DNA from: Phycisphaerae bacterium
Lineage (GTDB): Bacteria > Planctomycetota > Phycisphaerae > FEN-1346 > JAACEH01
Direction of reading: 5' to 3'
Assembly: GCA_012729015.1 (NCBI GenBank)
Contig: JAAYDY010000042.1
Location: 77,608 to 141,607, forward strand
Length of the DNA stretch: 64,000 bases
A program made the position numbers and the translations under genes. This document shows positions 38,841 through 48,406 of the stretch, piece by piece; the stretch's first letter is position 1; every line of letters starts with the position of its first letter. The notes beneath the pieces were generated by a model. The model made no database searches. It saw only the letters and a program-made list of their open reading frames with translations, and was not told the DNA's origin.

Positions 38841-39407
38841 ATGGCATCCGGAATCCGCAGGTTCATCCAGTCGCCGCTCAGGGTGGTGCTGACGGCCCAC
38901 ATGCTGTGCGTGCTGGCGTCGTGGGGCGTTCTGGCAGCGGGTGTCGCAGCGGACGGTGCCACCGGAGGGCCGGGCTCCGTGCTGGAGAGCATCGGCATTG
39001 CCGTCACCAGCCACTCGGGCGAGGGCGGCATGACCCTCTTCTGGATTCTGGTCATCCCGCTGGCAGTACTGATGCTCTTCTCCCTGGTGTGCGGCCTGGT
39101 GTACGGCAGGTGGGGATTGCCGGGATATCTGCAAGGCCGTACGGTGCTTGTGGCGCCGGTGCTGTCGGCGGCCTGCTTCGTCATCGGATGGTCCACGCTG
39201 ATGTGGATCGAGGAAGGCACCGTTGGCGCGGCCTGGCAGGCTGCCTGCGGACTGCTGTCGGGTTGGGCCGGGGCGTCGCTGGTGCTCCTCTACGCGGCCA
39301 TGTCCACATCAGCGGTGGGATTGGGCTGGGCGGCGTCGCTGGCGGTCACGCATTTCAAGCGACAGCACGGCAAGTGGGAGACGGTTGGCTACGTCGAGCA
39401 GCCGTAG
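38841..39407 (+). CDS. Hypothetical integral membrane protein
   Basis: 188 aa. Four or five hydrophobic helices. GGAGG 9 nt upstream. The antisense ORFs here are Arg-rich junk. Confidence 0.4.
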   Translation: MASGIRRFIQSPLRVVLTAHMLCVLASWGVLAAGVAADGATGGPGSVLESIGIAVTSHSGEGGMTLFWILVIPLAVLMLFSLVCGLVYGRWGLPGYLQGRTVLVAPVLSAACFVIGWSTLMWIEEGTVGAAWQAACGLLSGWAGASLVLLYAAMSTSAVGLGWAASLAVTHFKRQHGKWETVGYVEQP

Positions 39408-39458
39408 CCGCCAAGGCGCCGTCATGGCAATGCGCAGTGCGGTCCATACAGTTTTCTC

Positions 39459-39488
39459 TTGACGTTTGATCGTTGGGAAAACTAGGAT
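39459..39488 (+). promoter_or_regulatory. Sigma-70-like promoter TTGACG-N18-TAGGAT
   Basis: About 90 bp upstream of the ATG at 39579. Confidence 0.3.
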
Positions 39489-39578
39489 ACGGTGGAGTGT
39501 GAGTGGAAGTTCCCATGGGCGGTCTTCGCATCGATTTCCCGGCATCGAGAGCCGAGTCATTTCCGAGAGGAGTCTGAG

Positions 39579-40766
39579 ATGAGACACGTCACGTGCCCCC
39601 TTGCCCTGGTTCTATGCGTTGTCGCTCTGGCGGCGAGCGTCATGGCCCAGACCGACGCCGCCCCCCCCGTGCCTCCGCAGCGGCTTCACGACATGGGCGA
39701 CGTGGTGATCGAGAAGGGAGCCGAGGTGGCGGCCGAGAATGGCACCGCCACGGCGCCGGCTGCGGCACCTGCCACCGAGACGGCGACGCCGACGGCTGCC
39801 CCTGCCCCGGACATGGTTCCCATGCAGCCGGCTCGCGTCCCTGCTCCCGCTCCGACGCCGACTCCGGCGACAACCGAAACCGCACCGGCCGAGACGCCCG
39901 TGGAGACGTCGGCCGTGGAGAGCACGCGCAACCTTGCGGCTCGCGACATCGAAACGCCCACGACGACCCAGCCGGCCGGAGTCAGCGAACAGGTGCCGAC
40001 CCCCAGCGTGTCGCAGATGCACGCGGCAACGCCGGCAGTCGTTCCTGCCGAAGCCGCCCCGGCCGTCGAGCCGGCCCCGGCCATGGCCACCAAACCGTAT
40101 GAGGTGCAGGTGCCCCCGGCCCGCCCGGTCTCGGCAGCCACCAGCGAGGTGATGGCCGTGGAGCGTGTCGCCGTGGCTCGCGAGACCTATCGCCTGGCCC
40201 TGGAATCGCTCAAGCAGTTCTACGTGTCCAACGGCAACGCCACGAAGCTCGAATGGGTCAGCAAGGAGTTGATGGGGCTGAACAGCATCGAGCAGTACCA
40301 CTACCTGAGCGAGATGGAACTGGCGGGGCCGAACCTGCGGCCCACCGACTCGATTCCGGCCGCCGACCAGTTGTACCAGGAAGGTCTTGATTTCAAGAAT
40401 TACCCGGCGTTCCCGGATGAGAAACGCGAGAAGCTGAAGGTCGCGGTGCAGAAGTTCCGGACGATCATCAGCGATTACCCGAGGAGTGACAAGATCGACG
40501 ACGCCGCCTACATGCTGGGCGAGATTTACGAGGGGTGGTATTACAACGACTTCTCCCGAGCCGCCCTGGCCTTCGAGCGGTGTTTCCAGTGGAACCCGAA
40601 GACGATTCTGCCGGCCCGGATCAAGGCCGCGCGGCTCTATGACCAGAAGCTCATGCAACGCGACAAAGCGGTGGTTCTGTACAACCTCGTGATTTCCGAG
40701 AGCACCAACGAGGAGCACCGCCGCGAGGCGGCGCAGCGGCTGAACCAGTTGGCTCCGAGGCCGTAG
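39579..40766 (+). CDS. Secreted protein with Ala/Pro/Thr-rich low-complexity region and C-terminal TPR-like domain (YbgF-like)
   Basis: Start MRHVTCPLALVLCVVALAASVMA (signal peptide), with GAGAGGAG RBS. C-terminal YMLGEIYEGWYYNDFSRAALAFERCFQWNP. The ORF track starts earlier, at 39492. Confidence 0.6.
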   Translation: MRHVTCPLALVLCVVALAASVMAQTDAAPPVPPQRLHDMGDVVIEKGAEVAAENGTATAPAAAPATETATPTAAPAPDMVPMQPARVPAPAPTPTPATTETAPAETPVETSAVESTRNLAARDIETPTTTQPAGVSEQVPTPSVSQMHAATPAVVPAEAAPAVEPAPAMATKPYEVQVPPARPVSAATSEVMAVERVAVARETYRLALESLKQFYVSNGNATKLEWVSKELMGLNSIEQYHYLSEMELAGPNLRPTDSIPAADQLYQEGLDFKNYPAFPDEKREKLKVAVQKFRTIISDYPRSDKIDDAAYMLGEIYEGWYYNDFSRAALAFERCFQWNPKTILPARIKAARLYDQKLMQRDKAVVLYNLVISESTNEEHRREAAQRLNQLAPRP

Positions 40767-40864
40767 GCAAACACATTCCCCTGACCAGGGGCGTCGTTCT
40801 CACGGGCCGCGCGGCAAGCACCGCGCGGCCCGGCTGTTGCGCCCTGCGGCGACGACGGCCCGAA

Positions 40865-40963
40865 ACGCATTAACGTTTCGGGGGCCGTACCGTGGCACGG
40901 GCATCTTGCCCGTGAGTGGCAGGAGCATCGTGCCCCTGCTCTCCGCGTAACATTGGTGCACCC
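40865..40963. repeat. MITE/REP-like intergenic element, copy 3 (orientation A, right end degenerate)
   Basis: gcattaacgtttcgggggccgtaccgtggcacgggcatcttgcccgtgagtggcagg... Confidence 0.75.
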
Positions 40964-41048
40964 GTTCGCCCTTGAAGTCGGCAGGCGGCTCGGATAGACT
41001 GGCACGAATCGTGGGCCGTTGTGGGCGACGGCCGCCGGAGAAACGGCC

Positions 41049-41528
41049 ATGAAGACAGTGCCGCGCGTCGGGTTCGGGTACGACATTCACCGCCTCTCGT
41101 CGGGCCGGCTGCTGGTACTGGGCGGCGTGCGGATCGAGTCGGACCGCGGCCTGCTGGGCCACAGCGACGGCGACGCCGTGCTGCACGCGCTGAGCGACGC
41201 GATCTTCGGAGCCATCGGCTCGGGCGACATCGGCGAGCACTTTCCCGACAACGACCCGCAGACCGAGGGGCTGGACAGCCGCGTCATCCTGCGCACGGCC
41301 GTGGACGAGGCGCGGGCCGCCGGATACGCGGTTCGTTCGGTGGATATCACGATCCTGGCGGAGCGGCCGAAGCTCGGGCCGGTGAAACAGGAGATTCGCG
41401 ACAGCCTGGCCGATCTGCTGGGATTGCCGGTCGAGGCCGTGGGCGTCAAGGCTCGCACCAACGAAGGGCTGGACGCCGTCGGCCGCCGCGAGGCCATTGC
41501 CTGTCACGCCGTGGTCGTCCTGGCCTGA
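41049..41528 (+). CDS. ispF: 2-C-methyl-D-erythritol 2,4-cyclodiphosphate synthase
   Basis: MKTVPRVGFGYDIHRL ... LGHSDGDAVLHAL ... a canonical IspF. Confidence 0.9.
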   Translation: MKTVPRVGFGYDIHRLSSGRLLVLGGVRIESDRGLLGHSDGDAVLHALSDAIFGAIGSGDIGEHFPDNDPQTEGLDSRVILRTAVDEARAAGYAVRSVDITILAERPKLGPVKQEIRDSLADLLGLPVEAVGVKARTNEGLDAVGRREAIACHAVVVLA

Positions 41529-41574
41529 GCAGCGCGAGACATTCAACGGAGCAGTCTGGAGTTCGAGGAGTCTG

Positions 41575-43029
41575 ATGGCACTGCGAGTGTATAACAGTCT
41601 GAGCCGCGAGCACGAAGCGTTCGAGCCGCTGAATCCCCCGTACGTGGGCGTCTACGTGTGCGGGCCGACGGTCTACGGCGACGCCCACATCGGCCACGCC
41701 AAGAGCTACATTGCGTTCGACCTGGTGGTCCGGTACCTTCGGTTTCTGGGCTACAAGGTTCGCTACGTCCAGAACATTACCGACGTGGGTCATCTGACCG
41801 ACGACGCCGACGAGGGTGAAGACAAGATCGCGCGGCGGGCGGCCCTGGAACAGGTCCATCCGCTGCAACTGGCCGAGACCTACGCGCGGCGGTATTTCGA
41901 GGACATGGACCGCCTGAACGTCCTGCGGCCGGACATCTCGCCGCGCGCCTCGGGTCACATCCCCGAGCAGATCGCCCTGACCGAGCAGCTTCTGAAGACC
42001 GGCCACGCCTACGAGGTGAACGGGAACGTCTACTTTGACGTGTCGAGTTTCCCGGAGTACGGGAAGCTGTCGCGGCGGCGCATCGAAGAGGCCGAGTCGG
42101 GCACGCGCGTCGAGATTCGCGGCGACAAGCGCCACGCCGCCGACTTCGCCCTGTGGAAACGGGCCGAGCCGGGGCACATTCTCCAGTGGGACTCGCCCTG
42201 GGGCCGCGGCTATCCGGGTTGGCACATCGAATGCTCGTGCATGAGCCAGAAGTACCTGGGCGAGACGTTCGACATTCACGGCGGCGGGCTGGAGAATATG
42301 TTCCCGCACCACGAGGACGAGATTGCCCAGAGCGAGGCGGCCTACGGTCATCCGTTCGCCAAGTACTGGCTGCACAACAACATGGTGACCGTTGGCGGCC
42401 AGAAGATGGGCAAGAGCCTGGGCAACTTCACGACGTGCCGCGATGCCTTCACGCGGTACGATCCGCTGGTGCTGCGGATGGTGATTCTCCAGGGCCATTA
42501 CCGCCGGCCGTTCGACTATACGGAAGAGTCGCTCGCCGCCGGCCAGACGGGCTACGAGCGTCTGGTGGGGGCCGTGAAGGCCGTCCGCCGCGCGATGGAC
42601 AAGGCCCCGGCCGGCGAAGCCGACGACAACGTGAAGCGGCTTGCCGAGGAAACGGAGAAGCGTTTCCGGGCAGCCATGGACGACGATTTCAACTCAGCCG
42701 GGGCCTTGGCGGCCCTGTTCGACCTGGTGGGCGACGCCAATACGCTGGCCCGCGACCCGAAGGCCACACGCGGCTCGCTGGAACGGGTGGACGACCTGTT
42801 CCGCCGGTTGGGCGGCGACGTGCTGGGGCTGGTTCAGGACCGGTACGCGGACGACGCCTCGGGCACCAGGCAGGTCATCGACCAGTTGATCGGCACCATG
42901 CTCGACATGCGAGCCCAGGCCCGCAAGAACAAGGATTTCGCCATGGCCGACCGCATCCGCGATCAGTTGACCGGCATGGGCATCGTGCTGGAAGACGGCC
43001 CCGGCGGCACCACGTGGCGGATGGAGTGA
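41575..43029 (+). CDS. cysS: Cysteine--tRNA ligase
   Basis: [12 protein letters not shown]...[16 protein letters not shown] (HIGH motif) ... KMGKSLGN (KMSKS). GAGGAG RBS. Confidence 0.9.
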   Translation: MALRVYNSLSREHEAFEPLNPPYVGVYVCGPTVYGDAHIGHAKSYIAFDLVVRYLRFLGYKVRYVQNITDVGHLTDDADEGEDKIARRAALEQVHPLQLAETYARRYFEDMDRLNVLRPDISPRASGHIPEQIALTEQLLKTGHAYEVNGNVYFDVSSFPEYGKLSRRRIEEAESGTRVEIRGDKRHAADFALWKRAEPGHILQWDSPWGRGYPGWHIECSCMSQKYLGETFDIHGGGLENMFPHHEDEIAQSEAAYGHPFAKYWLHNNMVTVGGQKMGKSLGNFTTCRDAFTRYDPLVLRMVILQGHYRRPFDYTEESLAAGQTGYERLVGAVKAVRRAMDKAPAGEADDNVKRLAEETEKRFRAAMDDDFNSAGALAALFDLVGDANTLARDPKATRGSLERVDDLFRRLGGDVLGLVQDRYADDASGTRQVIDQLIGTMLDMRAQARKNKDFAMADRIRDQLTGMGIVLEDGPGGTTWRME

Positions 43030-43523
43030 CCTTGCGCATACTCGGCATCGATCCTGGATTGCAGCGGACGGGTTACGGGCTGGTGGACGTGACCGGCCGC
43101 GGGCTGAAGCTGGTCGAGGCCGGCGTGATCCGCGCCGACGCGAAGGCCCCCCTCGAGCAGCGCGTCCGGGAGATTCACGACGGCATCGCCGAGGTGTTTC
43201 GAGAGTTCAAGCCGGACGTGGCGGTGGTGGAGCAGTTGTTCTCGACGTACTCGCACCCGAAGACGGCGATCCTGATGGGCCACGCGCGAGGAGTGATCTT
43301 CCTGGCGGCGGCCGAGGCCGAGGTGCCCGTCGAGGGCTATGCGCCGAACCGTATCAAGCAGGCCGTGACCAACAGCGGTCACGCCGGCAAACAGCAGGTG
43401 CAGCGGGCGGTGCAGGCGGCGTTCGGGCTGGCTCAGCCGCCGGAGCCGCCCGACGTGGCCGACGCGCTGGCCATCGCCCTGTGTCACGCCCAATCGTTGA
43501 GCAGCCGGAGACTGAGAGCATGA
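43026..43523 (+). CDS. ruvC: Crossover junction endodeoxyribonuclease RuvC
   Basis: (V/M)[17 protein letters not shown] ... the RuvC fold. The GTG start overlaps the cysS stop. The long ORF-track entry from 42153 is an artefactual extension. Confidence 0.85.
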   Translation: MTLRILGIDPGLQRTGYGLVDVTGRGLKLVEAGVIRADAKAPLEQRVREIHDGIAEVFREFKPDVAVVEQLFSTYSHPKTAILMGHARGVIFLAAAEAEVPVEGYAPNRIKQAVTNSGHAGKQQVQRAVQAAFGLAQPPEPPDVADALAIALCHAQSLSSRRLRA

Positions 43524-44137
43524 TCGCCCGCATTCGCGGCACCGTCGCGGAAGTTCGAGCCACCAGCGTGTACCTGGACCTCGGCGACCTGACGTACGAG
43601 GTGTTCGTTCCGGCCGTGAGCCTGCCGGAGCTTCACACCCGCATCGGCCAGCGCGTCACGCTGCACACCATCGAGTACATCGAGGGCAACACGTCGTTCG
43701 GCAACCTGGCCTCGCGGCTCGTGGGGTTTCTGAACGAGGCCGAGCGCGACTTCTTCGTGCGGTTCATCACCGTGCCGGGCATCGGCGTGAACAAGGGCCT
43801 GAAGGCCATGACGATGCCCATGGCGGACATTGCCGGGGCCATCGAAGCCCGCAACGTGGCCTTGCTGGCCCAGTTGCCGGGCATCGGGAAGCGCACGGCC
43901 GAGAAGGCCATTGCCGAGCTGAACGGCAAGCTCAAGACCTTCGGCGTTGGTGCGGCCGCAGCCCCCCTGCCCGTGGCCGGCCAGGGCGTGCAGGCCGAGG
44001 TACTGGGCGCCCTGATGGCCCTGGGGTACCGTCGCGGCGAGGCCGAGGACCTGATCGGCCGCACGCTGGCCGCCGGGGCCAAGGGCGAGTCCGTCGAGCA
44101 GTTGCTCCAGGAATGCTTCCGACACGCAGCACCGTAA
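43520..44137 (+). CDS. ruvA: Holliday junction DNA helicase RuvA
   Basis: MIARIRGTVAEV ... FITVPGIGVNKGLKAM ... LAQLPGIGKRTAEK. ATGA overlap with the ruvC stop. Confidence 0.85.
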   Translation: MIARIRGTVAEVRATSVYLDLGDLTYEVFVPAVSLPELHTRIGQRVTLHTIEYIEGNTSFGNLASRLVGFLNEAERDFFVRFITVPGIGVNKGLKAMTMPMADIAGAIEARNVALLAQLPGIGKRTAEKAIAELNGKLKTFGVGAAAAPLPVAGQGVQAEVLGALMALGYRRGEAEDLIGRTLAAGAKGESVEQLLQECFRHAAP

Positions 44138-44146
44138 GGACAAACC

Positions 44147-45205
44147 ATGCCTCGCGAACGAATCGTCAGCCCGGAATCGGACGGCCCGGCCGAAGACCAC
44201 TTCAACTGGTCGCTGCGCCCGCAGAGCCTGGGCGAGTGCATCGGCCAGAAGAAGCTGATCGAGAAGCTGCGCATCGCCATTGAAGCGGCGAAGAAGCGGC
44301 AGGAACCACTCGAGCACATTCTGTTCTACGGCCCGCCCGGGCTGGGCAAGACCACCGTGGCGCACATCGTGGCAAAGGAGATGAATGCGCCGCTGCGCGT
44401 CTCCAGCGGCCCTGCCCTGACCCGGCCGGCCGACCTGGTGGGCATCCTGACGAACCTGAAGCGCGGCGAGGTGCTCTTCATCGACGAGATCCACCGCCTC
44501 AGCCCGATGGTCGAGGAGTACATCTACCCGGCCATGGAAGACTTCAAGATCGACATCACGATGGACCGCGGCAGCTTCGCGCGGGCCTTCAACTTCAACC
44601 TCGAACCGTTCACGCTGATCGGCGCCACGACGCGGGCCGGGTCGCTCTCGGCGCCGCTCAGGGCACGGTTCGGCCTGTTCCACCATTTCGAGTTCTATCC
44701 CGAGGAGGATCTGGCCGAGATTTGCCGTCGGGCGGCGCACCTGCTGGAACTGAACGTCACGCCCGACGCCCTGGGCGAAATCACCCGGCGCAGCCGCGGC
44801 ACGCCGCGCATCGCCAACCGCCTGATGCGTCGCGTGCGCGACTTCGCCCAGGTCCGGGCCGACGGCAAGGCCGACCTCGGCGTCGTCGGCCAGGCGCTGG
44901 CGATGGAAGGCATTGACGCCAACGGACTTGACGATCTGGACCGCCGGTTCCTGTCCACGATCGTGGACTACTACCACGGCGGCCCCGTGGGCATCGAGGC
45001 CCTGGCCGCGACGCTCAACGAAGAAGTGGACACGCTGGTGGACATGGTGGAGCCGTACCTGTTGAAAGAGGGCCTCGTGGGCCGCACGCGACAGGGCCGC
45101 ATCGCCATGGACCGAGCCTTCAACGTCCTCGGCAAGAAGGCCCCGCGGCGGCGTGCGGCCGCGACCGACGAGCCGGACCTGTTTGCCGAAGAAGAGACGC
45201 CATGA
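44147..45205 (+). CDS. ruvB: Holliday junction DNA helicase RuvB
   Basis: ILFYGPPGLGKTT (Walker A) ... FIDEIHRL. Confidence 0.9.
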   Translation: MPRERIVSPESDGPAEDHFNWSLRPQSLGECIGQKKLIEKLRIAIEAAKKRQEPLEHILFYGPPGLGKTTVAHIVAKEMNAPLRVSSGPALTRPADLVGILTNLKRGEVLFIDEIHRLSPMVEEYIYPAMEDFKIDITMDRGSFARAFNFNLEPFTLIGATTRAGSLSAPLRARFGLFHHFEFYPEEDLAEICRRAAHLLELNVTPDALGEITRRSRGTPRIANRLMRRVRDFAQVRADGKADLGVVGQALAMEGIDANGLDDLDRRFLSTIVDYYHGGPVGIEALAATLNEEVDTLVDMVEPYLLKEGLVGRTRQGRIAMDRAFNVLGKKAPRRRAAATDEPDLFAEEETP

Positions 45206-46140
45206 ATGTCCTCGTCACCGGCGCTGCCGGGTTTGTCGGGTCGCACCTGGTGGATCGGCTGCTGGCCGACGGACACGCCGTGGTCGGCCTGGACAACCTC
45301 TGCACGGGCAACGCCGCCAGCCTCCAGCACCTCCACGGCCACCAGCGGTTCGCGTTCCATGAAGTGGACATCTGCGACGGATTCGAGCCGACCATGTCGG
45401 TGGACCGCGTCTACAACCTGGCGTCCCCTGCCTCGCCGGTGGACTACCATCGCCTGGGACTGGAGACGCTGGCCGTGGGGTCGCGCGGCATGCAGGCGAT
45501 GCTTGACCTGGCGCGGGCCGCCGGCGCGCGGCTGCTACAGGCCTCGACCAGCGAGTGCTACGGCGACCCGCTGGTGCATCCGCAGACCGAGGACTACTTC
45601 GGCAACGTCAATCCCGTGGGCCCGCGAAGCGTGTACGACGAGTCGAAACGGTTCGCCGAGGCCCTCGTGACCGCCTATCACCGGTACCACAAGACCGACG
45701 TGCGGATCGCCCGCATCTTCAACACCTACGGCCCCCGCATGCGGCTGGACGACGGGCGCGTGCTGCCCAGCTTCATCGCCCAGGCCCTGCGCGGCGAGCC
45801 GCTGACTGTCTTCGGTGATGGGTCGCAGACGCGGAGTTTCTGCTACGTGTCCGACCTCGTGGACGGCCTCGTGCGGCTGATGGAGAGCGACGCGGGCCCC
45901 GGCCCGGTGAACCTCGGCAACCCCGAGGAAGTCACCGTGCTGGAGTTTGCCCGGGAAGTGCTGGTCCTCACCGGGTCACAGTCGAAGCTGGAGCATCGCG
46001 AGTTGCCGCAGGACGATCCACTGAGGCGCCGGCCGGACATCTCGCGGGCCCGACGCCTGCTCGGTTGGGAGCCCACGGTCTCGCGGCGGGAAGGGCTGCG
46101 GATGACGCTGGAGTACTTCAGGTCCGTCGTCGGCAAGTAA
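45202..46140 (+). CDS. UDP-glucuronate decarboxylase (UDP-xylose synthase)-like NAD-dependent epimerase/dehydratase
   Basis: MNVLVTGAAGFVGSHL ... YDESKR ... a UXS-type SDR. The start overlaps the ruvB stop (ATGA). Confidence 0.8.
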   Translation: MNVLVTGAAGFVGSHLVDRLLADGHAVVGLDNLCTGNAASLQHLHGHQRFAFHEVDICDGFEPTMSVDRVYNLASPASPVDYHRLGLETLAVGSRGMQAMLDLARAAGARLLQASTSECYGDPLVHPQTEDYFGNVNPVGPRSVYDESKRFAEALVTAYHRYHKTDVRIARIFNTYGPRMRLDDGRVLPSFIAQALRGEPLTVFGDGSQTRSFCYVSDLVDGLVRLMESDAGPGPVNLGNPEEVTVLEFAREVLVLTGSQSKLEHRELPQDDPLRRRPDISRARRLLGWEPTVSRREGLRMTLEYFRSVVGK

Positions 46141-46259
46141 CGCTTCTGCGTTTAGGAACGCGCAGCTCACGCTTTGGGCCGAGGTGTGGGGCCGACAACG
46201 GGTGGCCCCGGCCGCAAGAGTGCGAGACACTTGCACGAGCAATCGAGAGGACACGTCCC

Positions 46260-47243
46260 ATGAATGTTTTCGTCGCAGGCGGCGCGGGGTACATCGGATC
46301 GCACACGGTGCGGCTGCTGCTGGAGGCCGGCCACGAGGTAACGGTCTACGACAACCTGTCGGAGGGCCACGCGTCGTCGGTGCCCGTGGCGCGTCTGGTG
46401 CGCGGCGACCTTGCCGACCTCGACACCCTGACGGCAGCGATGAGGGCGAAGCCCTACGATGCCGCGATGCACTTCGCCGCCAACTGCTACGTGGGCGAGT
46501 CCGTGACGGAACCGCAGAAGTACTACGTCAACAACGTCTCGAACGCGCTGAACCTGTTGCGCGCGATGCGGGCGGCCGACGTGGGGAAGATCGTCTTTTC
46601 GTCCACGGCGGCCACCTACGGCACCCCCGTCGCCACGCCGATCACCGAGAGCCACCCGCAGCAGCCGATCAATCCTTACGGCCGCACGAAGCTCATGTTC
46701 GAGCAGGCCCTGGCCGACTACTCGCGTGCCTATGGCATCGGGTACGCGGCGCTGCGATACTTCAACGCCGCCGGCGCCGCGCCCGACGGCACCCTGGGCG
46801 AGGACCACGACCCGGAAACGCACCTGATTCCGCTGGTGCTCTATGCGGCCATGGGCAAACGCGACCAGGTGTCCATCTTCGGCACGGACTACGATACGCC
46901 GGACGGGACGTGCGTTCGCGACTACATCCACATCTACGACCTGGCCCAGGCCCACATCCTGGCCCTGGAAGCCATGAGGCCCGGCGACCGTCGCACGTAT
47001 AACCTGGGCAACGGCAGCGGCTACTCGGTGCGCGAGGTGATCGACACGGCGGCAAAGGTTACGGGCAGGGAGATTCCCCACAACGAGGCCCCTCGCCGGC
47101 CCGGCGACCCGGCCGTCCTCGTGGCGTCGAGCGAGAAGATCGTCCGCGAACTGGGCTGGAAGCCGCGATTCCCGCACCTGGAGTCGATCATCGAAACCGC
47201 CTGGCGCTGGCACCGCGAACATCCCGACGGGTATGGCGACTGA
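46260..47243 (+). CDS. galE: UDP-glucose 4-epimerase
   Basis: MNVFVAGGAGYIGSH ... YGRTK ... DGTCVRDYIH. GAGAGGA RBS. Confidence 0.85.
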   Translation: MNVFVAGGAGYIGSHTVRLLLEAGHEVTVYDNLSEGHASSVPVARLVRGDLADLDTLTAAMRAKPYDAAMHFAANCYVGESVTEPQKYYVNNVSNALNLLRAMRAADVGKIVFSSTAATYGTPVATPITESHPQQPINPYGRTKLMFEQALADYSRAYGIGYAALRYFNAAGAAPDGTLGEDHDPETHLIPLVLYAAMGKRDQVSIFGTDYDTPDGTCVRDYIHIYDLAQAHILALEAMRPGDRRTYNLGNGSGYSVREVIDTAAKVTGREIPHNEAPRRPGDPAVLVASSEKIVRELGWKPRFPHLESIIETAWRWHREHPDGYGD

Positions 47244-47332
47244 TCGCCGCCGCCTCCGGCGACCGACGCGGCAACACGCCGTCGGGTGGCTGGGGGGCAT
47301 GGCCGTGGGCCCGTGTCGCGTGGCCTCGCCCC

Positions 47333-48406
47333 CTACTCCGTTTGGCCCCGCGCCACGATCTGCCGGGGACTGAAGGGCTCCTTCAAACCCCACTCCAGGA
47401 ACGTTTCGATCACCGTGTAGTGAATCTCCAGCACCTCGTCGAAGGACCACTCAGCGGCGGCCGACTGCTCGAACGTCACGGTCAGGCCGCCCGAAGCCAT
47501 CACACAGGCCGTATTCAGGTTGATGCCGCCGCGCTGCTCGATCGGGTAGACCGGCGCAGGACGCAGGCCCTTCGCCTCCAGGGCATCGAAGACGCGCTGC
47601 TTGTAGACGTGGACGCGATGGACATGCAGCGGATAGGCCAGCAGCGAATCACCGAGCACCTGCCCGCCGATGGTGTGCGAGTGAAGATTGAGGACCAGGT
47701 CGGCCTGCTCGTCGGCCACGAGCTTCAGCACGCCGCGGGCCTCCGGCGTCCGCAGGTCGCCCGGACAACAGTCGTGCTGGATGTTGTACCCGTCGGCGTT
47801 CGGATAGCCGCCGGGGTGCCCCACCCGCTCCAGCGGCAATGGAGCATATTCCTTGCACGCCGGGTAGCCGATCTCGGTTCCGTCGGTCCAGTAGCCCTGG
47901 CTGGCACGGCGGAACTGGTCGAGGTCGGCGCCGCGCAGATGATCCGGGCTGACCGCGCGGCCGTCCATGTTCACGCATGGCAGGATCACCACGCGGTACC
48001 GCGACATCAGGTCCAGCAGATGCGGCCGGGGGTTGCCCTTCAGATCGCGTCCCGTCTCCAGCAGCGAGAGCATGTTGACAGCGCCGGCGACCGATTCGGT
48101 CTCCGCTCCATGCACGCCGCACAGGAGCATGACCACCTGCGGATCGTTCTCGCTGGTTCGGTACGACGCCATGGTGCGCGAGTTCGACCCGATGCCCCAC
48201 GTGGCCGTGCCCGGCCGCGCCTGCGGCGGCCCGTAGGCCACCGCCCACACGGGAAACCCTCCCGGCGTCGTGGCAATCCGGCGGACCTCTCCTTTCGCGG
48301 CGGCCTCCACTGCGGTCGTGACCTCCTCCGGACGGACCTGCCACCAGTCCGGACGCCTTTGGAGGCCGGGAATCTCAAATCGATCGTATCTCTGCCCTGC
48401 GCTCAT
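47333..48406 (-). CDS. M14-family zinc carboxypeptidase-like protein
   Basis: Start MSAGQRYD, with a perfect AAGGAG RBS 8 nt upstream. HGAETE Zn-binding motif. The ORF track extends to 48664. Confidence 0.65.
   Translation of the reverse strand: MSAGQRYDRFEIPGLQRRPDWWQVRPEEVTTAVEAAAKGEVRRIATTPGGFPVWAVAYGPPQARPGTATWGIGSNSRTMASYRTSENDPQVVMLLCGVHGAETESVAGAVNMLSLLETGRDLKGNPRPHLLDLMSRYRVVILPCVNMDGRAVSPDHLRGADLDQFRRASQGYWTDGTEIGYPACKEYAPLPLERVGHPGGYPNADGYNIQHDCCPGDLRTPEARGVLKLVADEQADLVLNLHSHTIGGQVLGDSLLAYPLHVHRVHVYKQRVFDALEAKGLRPAPVYPIEQRGGINLNTACVMASGGLTVTFEQSAAAEWSFDEVLEIHYTVIETFLEWGLKEPFSPRQIVARGQTE

Noticed and set aside
38649-39220. Minus-strand ORFs 38649..39134 and 38720..39220
   Set aside because: Junk composition. 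The plus-strand ORF 38841..39407 has an RBS and TM helices and is preferred.
42153-43025. Long ORF (457 aa) leading into ruvC
   Set aside because: It overlaps cysS in another frame with junk composition. The RuvC homology begins at the GTG at 43026.
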